Shown here one piece after another: positions 39,810 to 54,524 of a DNA stretch of 64,000 nt. The translations under genes were made by a program, and so were the position numbers. The stretch comes from Eledone cirrhosa (taxonomy: Eukaryota). The stretch lies in contig OZ024743.1 in assembly GCA_964016885.1 (NCBI GenBank), positions 292,640,001 through 292,704,000 on the forward strand, written 5' to 3'. Numbering within the stretch: position 1 is the stretch's first letter; every line of letters starts with the position of its first letter. Under the pieces are notes generated by a model. The model saw only the letters and a list, made by a program, of their open reading frames with translations. It was not told the DNA's origin and did no database searches.

Positions 39810-41844
39810 TGAATTTTACTAATTTTGTTGTTACATTTGTGCGAAATATTTAAATATTTACACATTCTAATAACAATGATTAATAAAATAATATATTTGA
39901 AACATATAAAATATTTTATTTAAAGAATATATTTTGGGGAGTAAAACAAATCCTTAAAAAACTAAAAACAAATTCACAAAATGTTACAGAAAAACTATAA
40001 TAGAATTTCTTCGCAGGAAATTGAATTCATATTTTGTGAAAGAATTCCACAAAATTGTTTCAAGATTTGAAATAGAATTAAACGAATAAAAAGTAATTTT
40101 CGTATCCTTATTTCTTATTTTCTTGCTGTTGAGAGGCGGCATGTTGAGATTATATTACATTAAATGAAGGTGCTCTTGTAAATATGTATAAATAATTCAT
40201 ATATTTACATGCATGTGCATATATATGCAACACAAACATATGTATATACGTTCACGCACGGGCGTTGGCACACGCACCCTGCCAAAAATGCAAACTTATA
40301 CGCATACAGACAATCTCACACGCATATATATGTGTGTATCTGTGTGTGTGGGGGGGGGGAAGTACACGTGTGTGTGTGTATAAGAATAAATGTGTTTATA
40401 AGGTACCGAGTTCTGTATGTAAGCATATATGTATGTATGTATGCATGTATACATGTATCTATGTAAGTATGTATACATGTACGTATGTATGCATGTATGT
40501 GTAATAAACGAATTTATGTGTGCGTTATAGATAAAATGTAGATGCCCTTAGATATAGCATTAATATTATAATTCAATTTAATTGGAATTTCTTTCTTCCA
40601 TTCCTGGATGAAACAAACTGAATGTTTGTCTGAACTATTGTCATATTTCCGACAAAAATATTTACACTAATTTTATATGTACAATAAAATTTGATATCAC
40701 AACAAATTGTATGTCGCTATAATTATATATTTGGTATTTTTATGTGTCTGTTTAAAATACATATATATATATACATACATTTCTTTCTTGCTTGATATTC
40801 AGATATAAAATATGCGCAGATTATATATGCGCTTATATATTTTACATATATTTCAAAAAGTACATCTCATAGAAGCCATAAGTTTCAATATATGAAAGTA
40901 TATTTGTATGTTTGTAACAAATATGTAGAACCTGACAAGAGCTAATGAGCCAGAAGTCTCAGACCAGAGACCTTGTTTCTGTGTACTATAGCATTCTTGC
41001 TGTGATTCGTTTGAATGTAATTGTTATGTGTAATAATAATATACAAGTTTGTTTCGGCCCTAGTAATCTGAGCAACATTTAATTTTCATGGAGATATATG
41101 GTATGGTCGCACAGCACGATGGTTCGATTAAACGAAACCTAACGACAAGTAATGAGTCAGAAACCGTCTACTTCAATAAATATGCTTATGACATGAAATT
41201 CAGGACGTATCTCCTGCATATATTCAAGATATTATATGTCTTATATATATATATATCAGACCATGCCGGATATGTATGTATATATGTATGCATATGTGCG
41301 TATATATATATATTTATATATATATATATATATATATATAAAGCGAAAGAGGGGGGAGGGAGAGAGAGAGGACTAGAGAGAGAGAGAGAGCGAAAAGGGA
41401 GAGTTTGTGGAGCTGTGATTGCTCTCTGTTACTACTGAAAGATTAGCATATATCGCTGAACAAATAATTGGTTTGTAATATACGAGACATGGCATTTATA
41501 ACATAAAATATTTATAAGGAGTCACTTATTGGATTGAAAATGGGTCAGTTGAAAACTAAAGAAAATTAGAATAAAAGGACGTATGAAATTGAAATATATA
41601 CATACACATATACAAGCATACATAGGAATAAATGAATAAATATACACACACATACATATACATAAATATATATGTACAACATGAATATATACACGTATAT
41701 ATAATATACCGGTATGCCTATATATATATACAAATATGTATTATGTGTGTATGTATGTTGAATATATTAATATACACGCACATACATATATATACATATA
41801 TATATGTACAACATGTATATATACACATATATATAATATAATCT

Positions 41845-42154
41845 AAATCGCAACTCATAACAACAATACGGCACTATTATTTCACCTCAATTGGCCCTGC
41901 TCTCTTCAACATCACACCAGGACACGTCAAAACAGAAACTGACCACATAAAATTCAAGAAGTCTTTGGACAAATTCCTCCAGGTAGTCCCGGACAAACCA
42001 CCCACACCCGGATATGTCTCCGCAAACAGTAATTCTCTTCTCGAATGGGCCATGGTGCCCAAATCCTGAATTGAAAGACTTCGCCAGGTGGTGCTATTAA
42101 GTTAGACATGGCCTGGGCCAATACTGGCCAAAACATTTCAAAGTTATTCAAAGT

Positions 42155-42156
<2 letters not shown>
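41845..42156 (+). mobile_element. CR1 3' fragment, same family as 29013-32998
   Basis: Aligns to 32685-32998; ends ttcaaagtta repeats then (TA)n. Confidence 0.9.
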
Positions 42157-42244
<88 letters not shown>

Positions 42245-42831
42245 TATGTATGTATGTATTTATGTATGTATGAATATGTACATACTCGTATATACAGACA
42301 TATATTTGCACTCAAGCACATACATATGTGAATATTTCAAAATATAAAAGTAAATTATAGGAATAAATACGCAGATACATGTTCACACAAATGTATTCAT
42401 AATCATTTATTTTATTGTTTGTTGATAGTGATACGGTTAAGAATTTATTTCTTATAACTCAAGTAATATCTGTATATCTATCAGTGTATCTCTTCGTATG
42501 TGGGTAAATCAGGACAAAGGAAAGGCACAAAGTAACAACAAAAGTAGTCACTGAGGAGGCCACAGAATGTGTGACGAAAGAGTTTGACAATCAACAAATA
42601 CACAAATGTCCGGTTATTAAACTAGCCGACTAGAAATTTATAATAATAAAGTGAAGTGTAACCCAACAATTACATGTGTTTGTATATTGGCAACATAACT
42701 TTCCCAAAGTATAACAATATCTGTTTCAACATAAGTTTTCAGATAAATCTTTCAAAACAAATACAAAAACGAAATATATAGATACATAAATATATAGATA
42801 CTCAGACTCACTGACACACACACAGACACAG

Positions 42832-42922
<91 letters not shown>

Positions 42923-43067
42923 AACACACAAATACACACACACAAACACACAAATACACACACACAAACACACAGGCATATACATGTGTGTGTGTGTGTG
43001 TTTATGTGCGCGGGCATATATACATTATGTACGTATTTATGAATAAATGCATTATGTATGTATGTAT

Positions 43068-46000
43068 ATTCTTCTGGTTTTATAATTCCACAAATTTTTT
43101 CACAATTTAGAGAGTCGGTTTCTAACATAGACACAAGACTCTCTCATTGGAATTTACACAACATCAACTAGGTAGATTATGCATTCATGTGTAGATATGG
43201 ATGTTATTGTATGTGTGTATGTGTATGTTTTGAGTTGTATGTGTGCATCTGTATATGCTTTGTATCTCTACATGTGCATATGCAGATATTAGATGCAACA
43301 TTTTTGGAATGTTTTACATAATTTTATTGTTCCATTAATGGATTGTACTTGTAATTTCCTAACTAGTTGTTTTCTTTCTGTTCCTGTGAAGCCTAGCTTC
43401 TCAAGATTTGTATTGAGGCAGTTACTAACATACCCCAGTGCCCCAATAATCACAGGCATAAATCTGAAGGTGTAATCAGGGTGGAGTATCTGCAGATTTC
43501 TCATCAGTTCTGCATAAATATTCTCCTTTTGTGCTAATATTTGATATTATATTAGCATCTTCTGGGCAGCTAATTTCTACTACTGTGCATGCTTTCTTCT
43601 CCATGTCCCATATCATAATATCTGGTCTGTTATGCTTGCATTTTATTGGGGATTTTACTGGAACATTCCACCAGTACTCTTTCAAATTATGTACATGCAT
43701 GTCTTCCACATTGTTGTAGCTTTTAATGTGTTTATTATCGGGATTATCTTTATTACGGATTGCATTGTACAGTGTTTTTGCCACTGCATCATGCCTCATG
43801 GGTAGATAGTACCGCGATGACATCTTTGGACAGCTGCTGATGTCATGGGTGATATCTTCGATGTTAGTTCTGCAGTGTCTGCACTTGTTATCACATCTAG
43901 GTGTTTTGTCTGCATCCCTATCTCTTTTCTGAATCAGGTACTTCGTGTTAATTTCGTGTTCTTGGATTGCAAAGGTGTATCCTTCAAAGTGGGAGCCAAT
44001 ATAGCGGTTGTTGGTCCAAGATAGACTACTTTCCTTATCTATATTACACTCACTCTGGAGCTTCCTGGCAACATATCCATGCATGATTTTTTTCTGATAA
44101 GCATGCAGTTTTTCATCCAAGGATTCACTGCGATACTGCTGAGCGACTTCCCTGGGTGTGAGTTTTTGATTATCACACAGGGAATATCTCATTATCTTAT
44201 CTGTTTCATGCAGATAGACTTGCTCGAGAGACGGGCCCCTACGCTTCGAGGTTCGTAGATGTTGTCGGAGGGATATGATGCGACATTTAAATGCTGTCTG
44301 GACTGATGTTAGGCCTCTGCCTCCCTACTTACGTTTCAATTAAAGGCGGTCTATGTCACTGTTGATGTGGAGGTTTCCGGTGTTGTATTTTTCGAGTTCC
44401 AATATCAACTGCTTGGATTTCGTCTATCGTCCAATTGAGTATTCCAAACGTTGGTGTTAGGGCAGGCCAGCAAACACATTGTGAGCCATTCTTTTGTTTT
44501 GTGCAGAGAGTTCCGATGATCAAATCTTTCTTAATCGGGTGTAGTATTCACTGGTTACGCGTTCCTTATTATAGATACCATTATAGGATATGTTCTCATC
44601 TATCCCCAGGTATCTGTAGCAGTCCTCATCAGATATCGGTGAAACAGTTAGGCCATTGATGACAATGTTGCTAGATTGGGTTGTTGGTTTTCTCCGCTTT
44701 ACAGTCATATATGAGTATTTATCTTGGCCAAACTCCATTCATATATCCTTTGAGAACGTTGTAACCTGGTCAAGATTTTTCTTCATCCCATCCATGTTCT
44801 TGGCATAGGGTTTCATATCATCCACAAAGAAATTACGGGTTAGGTTCGTATTTCTGTCCTCCTGTGAGCCAATGACGTACCTTCACATTTCTTGAGCAGA
44901 AAGGACAAGGGGTCTAATGAGAAGATAAATAATATCACAGAGAGACTGTCTCCCTGAAATATACCCCTGCGATATTTTATTTTATCAGTGAAAATAGAGT
45001 CCTCCCTCTCTATCTTTAACCTTAGGATAGTATCCCAAGAAGAAGACAGCTTCTCTATGGCTCTGATAATAATGTCTGGGACTTTAGCAAGTTGGAGGGC
45101 CTCTATCATCCAAGAGTAGTGAACAGAATCGAAAGCTTTCCTGTAGTCCAGCCAGACTGTAACCATATTCCTCCTAAGTCGTCGCACCTCTGACATCACA
45201 GTTTTGTTGATTAGGATTTGTTCAGCACATCCTCAAACCCCTTTCTTTCCAGCTGCTAGTTCATCTGTGATGATGTTATTATTTTCACAGTGATATTGGA
45301 GGAATAGGTTAGGCAAGCTGTATACATCTTATACATCAGGTTCTGGCATGCATTGAGTCGGTAGATGTTTGACAAGTGGGTGTCTTTGTTCTTGGGGACC
45401 AGTAATGTCTGTGCTAATGTCAACCATTCTGGTATAAGTGTATCTCCCTTAAGAACTTGTTAGGAGAGGTCAGTAAGATACCTCCGATAGAATATCAGTT
45501 TTTTGTACCAGTAGCCGACAATCATGTCTCTTCCTGGTGTTTTCTTATCTTGGAGTTTTCCTATCACAGTGTCAAGGGTACTCTCACTTATTTCGTATGT
45601 TGTAGTGTAGGAGAAATAGTTCGTTCGGATTTCTCTTAGCCACACTGCATCTTGGTTGAAATTCTTCTTTTCACCCCATATTTTGCTCCAAAAGGAATCT
45701 ATGTCTTTCTGGGATGGGGCCTCAGTGACACTTATTATTTTGTTCTTCATATCTCTATAGACTGATGTTTGGTTTCGTCTGAATCGTTTATTAAGCACTT
45801 TTCTCTCATCTACTTTCTTCAGGTATCGGCGTTTTTCGCTAACAGCTCTAAATTCTTGTTTGAGGGTGATCCGGTTATATTGAAGGGTTCTGGTTCTACT
45901 GTTACCAAACATCGTCTCTATTTTATTTTTCACTCTTTGTTGGCGAGGAGTGAGGTTTTTTGTGTTTGTTTGCATGTAAGGAGCATTGTCTCATATGCTA

Positions 46001-46650
46001 TGGTTTTTCGTAGGTCAGCAATCTTTTTTTCTATTTTAGTTATATATGATGGTATTTTTGGTGGTGTTCTGTTCTTGTTAATATCTCTGCTATCACCAAC
46101 CTGTGGCACGTGTTGTTGATAACATGTTTGTTGTGGGGGATTACAATTAATAATATTTCGTTCAACAAACGTCGCTTGTTGGCGTAATTGTTTCACTGTG
46201 AAATAATTTAGCTCTGGGTGTATTTCGTCCCAGTGTAGCTTCATTCTGTTCATATAGCTAATGGAGGGATTGATTTTGCCATTTTATAACAATTAAATAA
46301 ATCATCATTAAGTTCGCAATAAATCATCATTAATTTCGGTTTTTTTCTGTAGCTACAACTGAATAAAGTTTGTTTACTTTTCTTGTTGTTTGTCTTCGAT
46401 ACTTCCTTAATGTTGTTGTTGATGTTGTGTTCAGCCATGCTGTTTGTAGCAAAAACTTGTAAAATGAATTATGTATTTAGTCGGAAATCTCTACGAATCC
46501 GAATAAAATGTGTCTTCAGAAGATATAGTTAAAAGAATAACCAGTTATTCAACATGACTGTAGTTGTGGCATTACTGTCGGAGATAGTATTTTTATTAAA
46601 TTTAATAAATAGTCTACCACGCCAAAATATGCGACTGATCGCGTTGACTA
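43068..46650 (-). mobile_element. R4/Dong-like LINE copy 2; both ends present, internal deletions and frameshifts
   Basis: Highly similar to 1152-4528. Also has CRHC..HDISSC, HNRPDIMIWD..VVEISCP (PD-(D/E)xK-type) and PVIIGALG; (TATG)n on both flanks. Confidence 0.92.
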
Positions 46651-46729
46651 TGTATGTATGTATGTATGTATGTATGTATGTATGTATGTATGTATGTATG
46701 TATGTATGTATGTATGTATGTATGTATGT

Positions 46730-47312
46730 ACTGGTAACATGTATCCCAGTACAACCTGTCTCATGGTCGGGTCGTTGGCGACTAAACTGGCAACCCCACC
46801 AAGGTTTCTCGGTGAGGAGGGTGACTTTGGACATCCTGCAGGACTAAAAACAAAACCTGTCAAAGGGCAGAGGAGCTCTTAAGAGTCAATGGCCATCCAA
46901 AATCACCGGGAGAGATGACCCCTTAGCCTTTGTCAAGGCAGAATTCTAGGAGAAGGAAAACTCTGATATAACACCTGCAACTCTGATGGTATCCAATGAT
47001 GTTGTCATGTTCTTCTTTTTGGTAAATATCATCTTGGTTGAGAGAGTGGGACTGGCTTTGTGCAGTGCCTTTGCTCACTATAAAAGCTTCACGGCACAGG
47101 TATTGCTTTATATTTGGAGATCTCTCTGCACTTGTCGTCACATGGTACCATGGGCCCAGGACTATGTGTCAATAATTGTCACAGGTGTAGTGTTTGTACC
47201 AGAGTTTTCAACTGGATGGATTAAAAAGTCACATTCGTTCAGCGCATCGGTAGGAGTTCTCCTACATGGATATAAAGTAGTGGCCGTACTCGAAAACGAG
47301 TTGGCAACCATC
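46730..47312 (+). mobile_element. Non-coding ~580 bp element in (TATG)n
   Basis: Contiguous version of the two pieces at 437-1073. Confidence 0.78.
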
Positions 47313-47718
47313 ATGTATGTATGTATGTATGTATGTATGCACGGTGACAGAATAATTAGGTTTAGTGTCCGAGCGCGTGGTTAGCTCCCCGGGCGTGAAA
47401 GGTCCTTAGTTCTCGTTAGAACATATTTGGATTTACTTCTTTTTTTTTTATAATGGTCACCGTTCTTCAGAGAGTGGGACTAGGCCAGTGCGAGGCCTTT
47501 CTTCACTTAAAAAATGCTTCAAGCACAGACATTACTTGATCTAAAAGATTTCTACGTTAGTTGCGTGAGCATTGCCATTTTCTTTTTCTTTCACTGCAGC
47601 ATATGCTGAAATGAATCTAAGTCCTCAGCAGGACTAAAATGGAGCTACCCATGAATGAAAAAGAGGCCAAGGTATGACAATTCTCGAAACTGAAATATAG
47701 TCATTATGTATGTATGTT

Positions 47719-47920
47719 TGGTGGATTGGCAGTATCGGTAGATTGGCAGTATCGGTAGAGGGTCGGGCGCCATGCTTTCCAGCATAGTTACGCCCCTTTA
47801 CGATCTGAGTTCAAATCCCGCCGAGGTTGACTTTGCCTTTCATCCTTACGGGGTCGATAAAATAAAGTACCAGTAATGCACTGGGTAATTGCTGGCCTTG
47901 TGCCTAAAGTAGAAACAATT
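47719..47920 (+). mobile_element. tRNA-derived SINE with a 17-bp duplicated head
   Basis: gattggcagtatcggta repeated twice, then the family body. Confidence 0.9.
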
Positions 47921-47949
47921 ATGTATGTATGTTTGTATGTATGTATGTA

Positions 47950-48890
47950 TATTCTTCTGGTTTTATAATTTCACAAATGTTTGCCAAGAGTGAGTGTCGG
48001 TTTCTAACATAGATACAGGACTCTCTCATTGGAATTTACACAACATCAATTAGATAGATATGTATGCATGTCTGCATGCAAGGATTTGTGCGCAGGTATG
48101 GTTGTTATTGTATATGTGGATGTTAGGACTCGAAAAATACTAAACAAACCGGAAACTTCCATATCAACATTGACCACCTCTACTTGAAACGAAAGCAGGG
48201 AGGTAGAGGCCTAACATCATTCCAGACAGAATTTGAATGTCGCATCATATCCCTCCGACAACATTTACGAAACTCGAAGCGTAGAGCCCATCTATCGAGT
48301 AAGTCTATCTGCATGAGACAGATAAGATCATGAGAGTTGGGAAGGAACTCCTTGAAAGATATTCCCTGCATGATAGTCAAAAACTAACACCCAGGGAAGT
48401 TGCCCAGCAGTACCGCAGTGAATCCATGGATGAAAAACTGCATGCTTATCAGCAAAAAATATGCATTGATATGGAAGCTTCAAAGTGAGAGTAATATAGT
48501 AAAATAGTCTATCTTGGACCAACAACCGCTATATTGGCTCCCAGTTTGAAGGATACGCTTTTGCAATCCAAGAACAGGAAATCAAATCAAAATACCTGAT
48601 TCACAAAAGATATAGGGAGGTAGGCAAAACACCTAGATATGTCATGAGCAGCTGTCCAAAGATATCATCGTGGTACTATCTACCTGTGAGGCATGATGTA
48701 GTGGCCAAAATTCTGTACAATGCAATCCGTAGAAAAGATAGTCCCGATAATAAACACATTAAAAGCTACATCAATGTGGAAGACATCCACATACATAATA
48801 CGAAAGAGTACTGGTTTGAATGTTCCAGTAAAAAATCCAATAAAATGCAGGCATAACAGACCAGATATAATTATATGGGATAGGGAAAAG
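47950..48890. mobile_element. R4/Dong-like copy 3: minus-strand 3' end (47950-48110) joined to an inverted internal piece (48120-48890)
   Basis: 47950-48110 matches 43068-43215; 48120-48890 matches 3860-4528 and extends to HNRPDIIIWD. Confidence 0.85.
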
Positions 48891-50789
48891 ATGTATGTTT
48901 GTATGTATGTATGTATGTTTGGATATAATTCCTCATAGAGATTCCTTAAGTCGACAGCTAATCCTAACGTTGTTGTTTGGACGTGGGGAAAACAATCCCA
49001 CTCTGTAAAACACTTTAATACCTACAGAAATGACAACAATAAGTAGAAAGGATTACTAAAGATTCTTAGTAGAAGGATACATAGAGAGGTCTGCTGAATT
49101 TCTTCTTCTCAAATGCAACAAACATTGTAGTAAGGAACCTATGAACTTTCATTGAGGCCCTGATGACAAACGAGATGAGAAATTACAGACTCCATGTGTT
49201 ATGACTTTGTGTGAATAAATTTGGAAAAATAATCTGGACTTCTGGTGTAAGAATATTATATTCAGAGTATGAAAATGGTGTGACCATCTTGGTAAAACTG
49301 CGAGCACTGAAAGGAATGGTGGAATGCGAACTGATAAAATTAGGAAAAATGATCTAGTGCAGAGAGAAAGCTGATGACAAACAACGAAATCTAAGAAGAG
49401 AAAGAAGATTTAACGAACAATTGCAGGCAATTGTCGGCGGGAAATATAAAGTTACTGATGTTTTTTTAATGCAAAAGAGCTCGTTATAAGATAATATTGA
49501 CACGTATTAGTGTAGTTTTAGAGGCATAATCACCGCAGGTAGTATCTCTTACCAGAAGACACTCAACAAAGTGATTTCAATATCAACGGACGTGAAAATA
49601 GAAAATAAAACCAAATTGAGTGCATCACCATGGAATTATAGGATGATTGATTCTCGAAGATACAAATAAATAGATATGGCTTTGGATAAACATTTGTAGC
49701 TAGCGAATACCAAAATAAAATTGGGAACTTTTGAATATGCAAGCGTCAAACCACACTAAAATTACATGCTAAACTGGTGGGGGGAAATGAACCAAGAGCT
49801 TTCTCTGTTGCACTAAAAAATATATATTATTCTTTTCACACAAAGCAAAACAGAACTTCACCATCTATTCGGCACAACAGGAACAATTACACACATTCAT
49901 TCGCAAAACATGTTCACATATCCTTGCCTAAACGCAAAACACATACAAACGCAAACTTCTTGCACCTTCCCGCCCACCAATCTTGCACATTTGGTTTCAA
50001 ACCAACATATTACACACAATTTTCCACCCACTTCCGTTCTGCAATTCATCCTGCTGCATTCTTAGAATCAACACCCTTTTTTTCTCTAAAAAGGATTCCC
50101 CCTCTTTTCCTATTTTGTCTCCTTTTCGGAAAACGGCTGTCCAAAACGCTACCACTAACCTTGCAGAGAGCAGTGAAAGATAAGTGTCTATAATCCATCA
50201 CTGATATAAATAACGATACTACGACCCTAAAAACTTGGGATGAAATATCGAATATGTTAACCTATTTATCTATAAATTCCGTGCACCGTTTTATTCTTCC
50301 TTGGTTTCAGCCTATAAACTCAACGATGCTGGGGCACAATATTTGGGAATATTCAGTCAATTATATCGATACCACTACTACGTCTGATTATCAATATCTA
50401 TTTACCTAATAGTATTCCATTTTTAAAAAAGTGATATACTTCTAGCGAAATAAATAAAAGGTTTCTTTGTCCAATGCACAAATTTATCGCCAAACTTTGT
50501 CGATATAGACACACATACGCACAGGCACTTAAACGCGCATACATACACTCGCATGTGCGCACACACGCGTATCTATATGCGTGCGTGTGTGTCTTTGGGA
50601 ATGTATGTGAGTGGGAGAGGTGCATATGTATGTATGTGCAATAAAAAGGTCCTTAAGGAGGAAAAAGGAAAAGAGCGCTCTATATATAGACGACAAGCTA
50701 ATTTATAATGTTTCATACATGTAACAATTATTACGCTACCTTAGGTTTCATAGATTAGGCACGGAAAACATTTGAAAGCTGTACACGAC

Positions 50790-51500
50790 CCCATATATCA
50801 CTAATGTATGTGACCTTGCTGGCTTATATACTCATCGTAAACTTAGGAGTAAATTCCACTACCAAACTATTTTCTTTACCAAAACGATGCCCTGGATAAG
50901 TTTCGTAAGGATTTAATAGAAAATTCTAGGACCTAAAATTACGGTCGAAACTAACCCCTCTAAAGAAAATGTTATTTACGTAAACTTAGACTTGGCCACG
51001 GGTTCTTATAAACCTTTTCATAATCCAACGAATAACTTAAATATATTAACAAAGATTCCTAACCCACTTCCCCCATAGGTTGTAAAAATCTAATCCCAAG
51101 TATTAGTCTTAGGATTTTTAACTTATCGTCTACTAAGGGGATATTTGATAAGGCCTCACCGTACTACAACAAAGTCATTCTAAATAGTAGCTTCAAAGAC
51201 AATATCAAGTACATACACAACACCAGACCACACCCCGCACACTCACACATAACATGCGTAATAATAAGAATAGAAAATTATTAGGTTCACACCCAAACTC
51301 CCTAAACTTAATGACTAATGTATGTTAGACGTTTCAGACGTAATAGATAAGCATTCTGCCACCTACACTCAGCATAGATATAATTAAGTATTCAGTAGGT
51401 TCTCCTTGGTGATAATCTATTTCTGTAGCTTCTTCATTGGGTCGATACTAACTGCTAGAAACAAACGCAAAGAAGATCCAGGATGTTCTTGCAAGATAAA
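50790..51500 (+). mobile_element. Degenerate Penelope-like RT remnant
   Basis: LDLATGSYKPFHNP..KNLIPSISLRIFNLSSTKGIFDKASPYYN matches the 56472-58298 protein. Confidence 0.75.
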
Positions 51501-51659
51501 AGAAAATCCTTTGCAATAGCTAAGTCCATTATATGAGGTGCACCTGCTATTAGTAGCAGTGATGTCATTGGCCAGTTTATGGGTCTAACATTGACCTTAA
51601 ACTTCCTTACTGTATTCACTTCTAGTAATATCCTTGATCCGGAGTCTTGAAATCACTCA

Positions 51660-52055
51660 CGGAAGAGGAACGCCTCCATGGACTCCTTCCACCGACTTCT
51701 ATACCTTGCCAGTCTAGGTCATGAAGGTCTAAGGTGGTTGGTGAGGTCGTCTCACCATATTGTCCTTAGACGTCCTTTTGATCGTGTCCATTTTCTTGGT
51801 GTCCACTCTGTCACCCTGATCGTCCATCTGTTGTCATTGCGTCGCGAGATGTGGCCAGCCCATCTGTTTGTTCGTCTTGATCGTTGTAGTTATGTCGCTG
51901 ACTTCAGTTTGTTGTCAGATCTAAATGTTCCTCATCTTGTCACGCAGCGTGAAACCAAGCATAATGCGCTCCATCTTTTGCTGGGCGACACTGAGAATGT
52001 TTTCATGGTGTTATTCAGAACCCAGGTCTCAATGCCATACGTCATATCAGGCAAT
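51660..52055 (-). mobile_element. RTE-clade 3' remnant
   Basis: Minus strand WAGHISRRNDNRWTIRVTEWTPRKWTRSKGR. Confidence 0.75.
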
Positions 52056-52519
52056 GACGAAGGATCAGAAAGGGCCAAGAATCACTATTAATATAAATAG
52101 AAAAAATAAAACAATATAACACTATATATACTTCAATCAGTATTGAAGTAGTAATATCGTGACACTAGGCCGGGAGAATCATGATTTGTGATAATTAGTA
52201 TTGTCTATAAACTATGTAGCTTATAATTATTCAAATTATTTGATTGAATGCGCAAATAAGATGTAAATCGGCGTGAAAGAATGCAGAATTAAATAAATAT
52301 AGCCCTAAAGAAATATTTGACTGAGTACGTAATAGAATATACAAAGTTTATTAACATGTAATGGAAAAGTCGATAAGTTTAATACAGAATCCATGATGTA
52401 TATTTGAATGGCTTCCAACTTCATGTTTAGCAATCAGTTCATAGAGTGTAAGAATGTATAATGCGCTTTGTGCTGTTACATCTTTATGTTGTTACACCAT
52501 TATTTATTAATTTATTTAT

Positions 52520-52900
52520 CTATTTGCGTTCCAGCCGAGAGGCTCAGGCCATGCTGGAGCACCGCCATTGACACTACACTTTCTATAGCCAGCCTTCACT
52601 GGTTGGCCATTGAGGTAAAAGGGAGTTTGTTGCTGCTGCTCTTATTTGTGCTTCATACGGGATCTTGGACCGTAGAATGTGGAGATGTCTCTCGAAAACA
52701 TCTACATGCACACCATGTTGATCTCTCAGATTTTTTGGCTGCCTATTAAAAAGCTGGGGTCCCTTGAACCCCAGTCTATTGCAGTATGTGGTCCTTATTC
52801 TCGCTGCGACGGATGAGACATCTTTTTCATGAGCTGGTCCTGCCTTCAACGCCTTAGTTTGGTGCTAACCCTTCCAGGAATTTCCAATCGTATATCATTG
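52520..52900 (-). mobile_element. Diverged CR1-like 3' remnant
   Basis: GFKGPQLFNRQPKNLRD..VDVFERHL..KIP..TNSL. Confidence 0.65.
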
Positions 52901-52914
52901 CGTAAAAACGTAAG

Positions 52915-53200
52915 TTTTGTAACATATTTATGTTGTTACATCTTTATGTCGTTACATCTTTGTGTTGTTACATCACTATGTTGTAACATCTTTATGTTAC
53001 ATTTTTATGTTACATCTTTATATTGTTTCATATTTAAGCTGTTACATCATCATGTTATTACATATTTGTTACATTTTTATGTTACATCCTTATGCTGTTA
53101 CATCGTTATGCTGTTACATCATTATGTTGTTACATCTTTATGTTACATCTCCGTGTTACATCTTTATGTTATTAGGTCTTTATGTTGTTACATCTTTAGA
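52915..53200. repeat. Degenerate ~11-16 bp minisatellite (tttatgttgttacatc)
   Basis: Visible array; two more units at 52466-52500. Confidence 0.9.
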
Positions 53201-54101
53201 GAAGTTACAGTTATAGAAAATCATGATGGTCGATTTATTGTTGAAAATATATGTTGCATGTGTTACATAGTACCAATTTTTTTGGTGGGGTTATTTTCTC
53301 ATTTTAATTCCTGTTAGTGGTGTCGTCTAACTTTCAGGTTTCATTTATTTAATTTGAGATGAATGTGATTGATTTAGCAACCCCGATAAACTTTCAATAC
53401 TAATTTAATTAATACTGTGTTAATCATAAGTAGCTAGTGTGACTAATATTCCACTATATTAATTGTAATTATAATCATAGAATCATTACAATTTTAATTT
53501 ATGTTAATTTGTTATCAAATTTTCGTTTCTGACTTTTTATCTTAACTGGAGATAAATGTCATGAATTTGTGTTGAATATATTCTATTTCACTTAATATAA
53601 TTTAACATGATTTAAATTCGATTTCATTTAACTAATTTAAATAATCGTTTTAAGTTGAGTACTATCTGTTTCACTAAAAAGTAATTTTACTTGACATCAT
53701 TTAGATTAAATTTGATTTAACTAATCAGATTTCCAATTGCGCGAGCTAGAGAAAATGACATCGTCAAACACGTATCCTTACCGTTGATGTCTCAATTTAA
53801 AAACACTGCTTTGCATTAAATGAACCCTAAAATTTGCTATAACAGTGCTTTCACAGATACAACATGACTATAATTTCGAGATTTATAGATTGAGTGTGTA
53901 GATAATAATTATTTAAAAGCTTAATCATTTTTAATTGTTTAATTTACTACGATTAGTGCTTTTTTCTTCATTCATAAGAATGAAACAGAAAACTCACTCG
54001 ATAATTTTAATAAATATAATAATCTGCCGATTAACTCAAACACGTGAACGAGTACTCATTTGAACTTTGCTTAATTTAAGAGATGACTGGGAATTTACAA
54101 T

Positions 54102-54181
<80 letters not shown>

Positions 54182-54524
54182 AGAGAGAGTCGGGAGGGAG
54201 AGAAGGAGAGAGGGAAAGAAAGAGTTGAGTATGTATGCTAATGATTCTTGAACAGACGACCTCAGATGAATCGATTCGTGTTGCCATTGAGTAAATACAG
54301 CTTCGATAAATTACAAATATATATATATATATATATATACACAGTTCAAGAGTAACCAATCTTAAAGAGAGAGATGGGGATAGGAGAGGAGATAGGAGAG
54401 GAGAGATTGGTGAATTAGTTAGAAGCCAAAGCGTAAATGCATGTGCTCAATGTGCAATATGCAGTAGAAAGCAGCTAGGTGGCTGGGTTCATGCAGAAGT
54501 TAAGCGCGCAGAGCTAGAAATATT

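Noticed and set aside
46730-46830. Possible twister or HDV-like ribozyme (gtcgttggcgactaaactgg...gaggagggtg)
   Set aside because: I could not build the required pseudoknots or conserved loops in either copy; needs an Infernal search
49150-49195. CTGATGA...GAAA
   Set aside because: Stems I-III do not pair
49960-49985. GC box plus CCAAT (cccgcccaccaat) as a promoter
   Set aside because: Short motifs with no linked gene
52915-53200. CRISPR-like periodicity, also at 58733-59650
   Set aside because: No unique spacers, no cas genes, eukaryotic context
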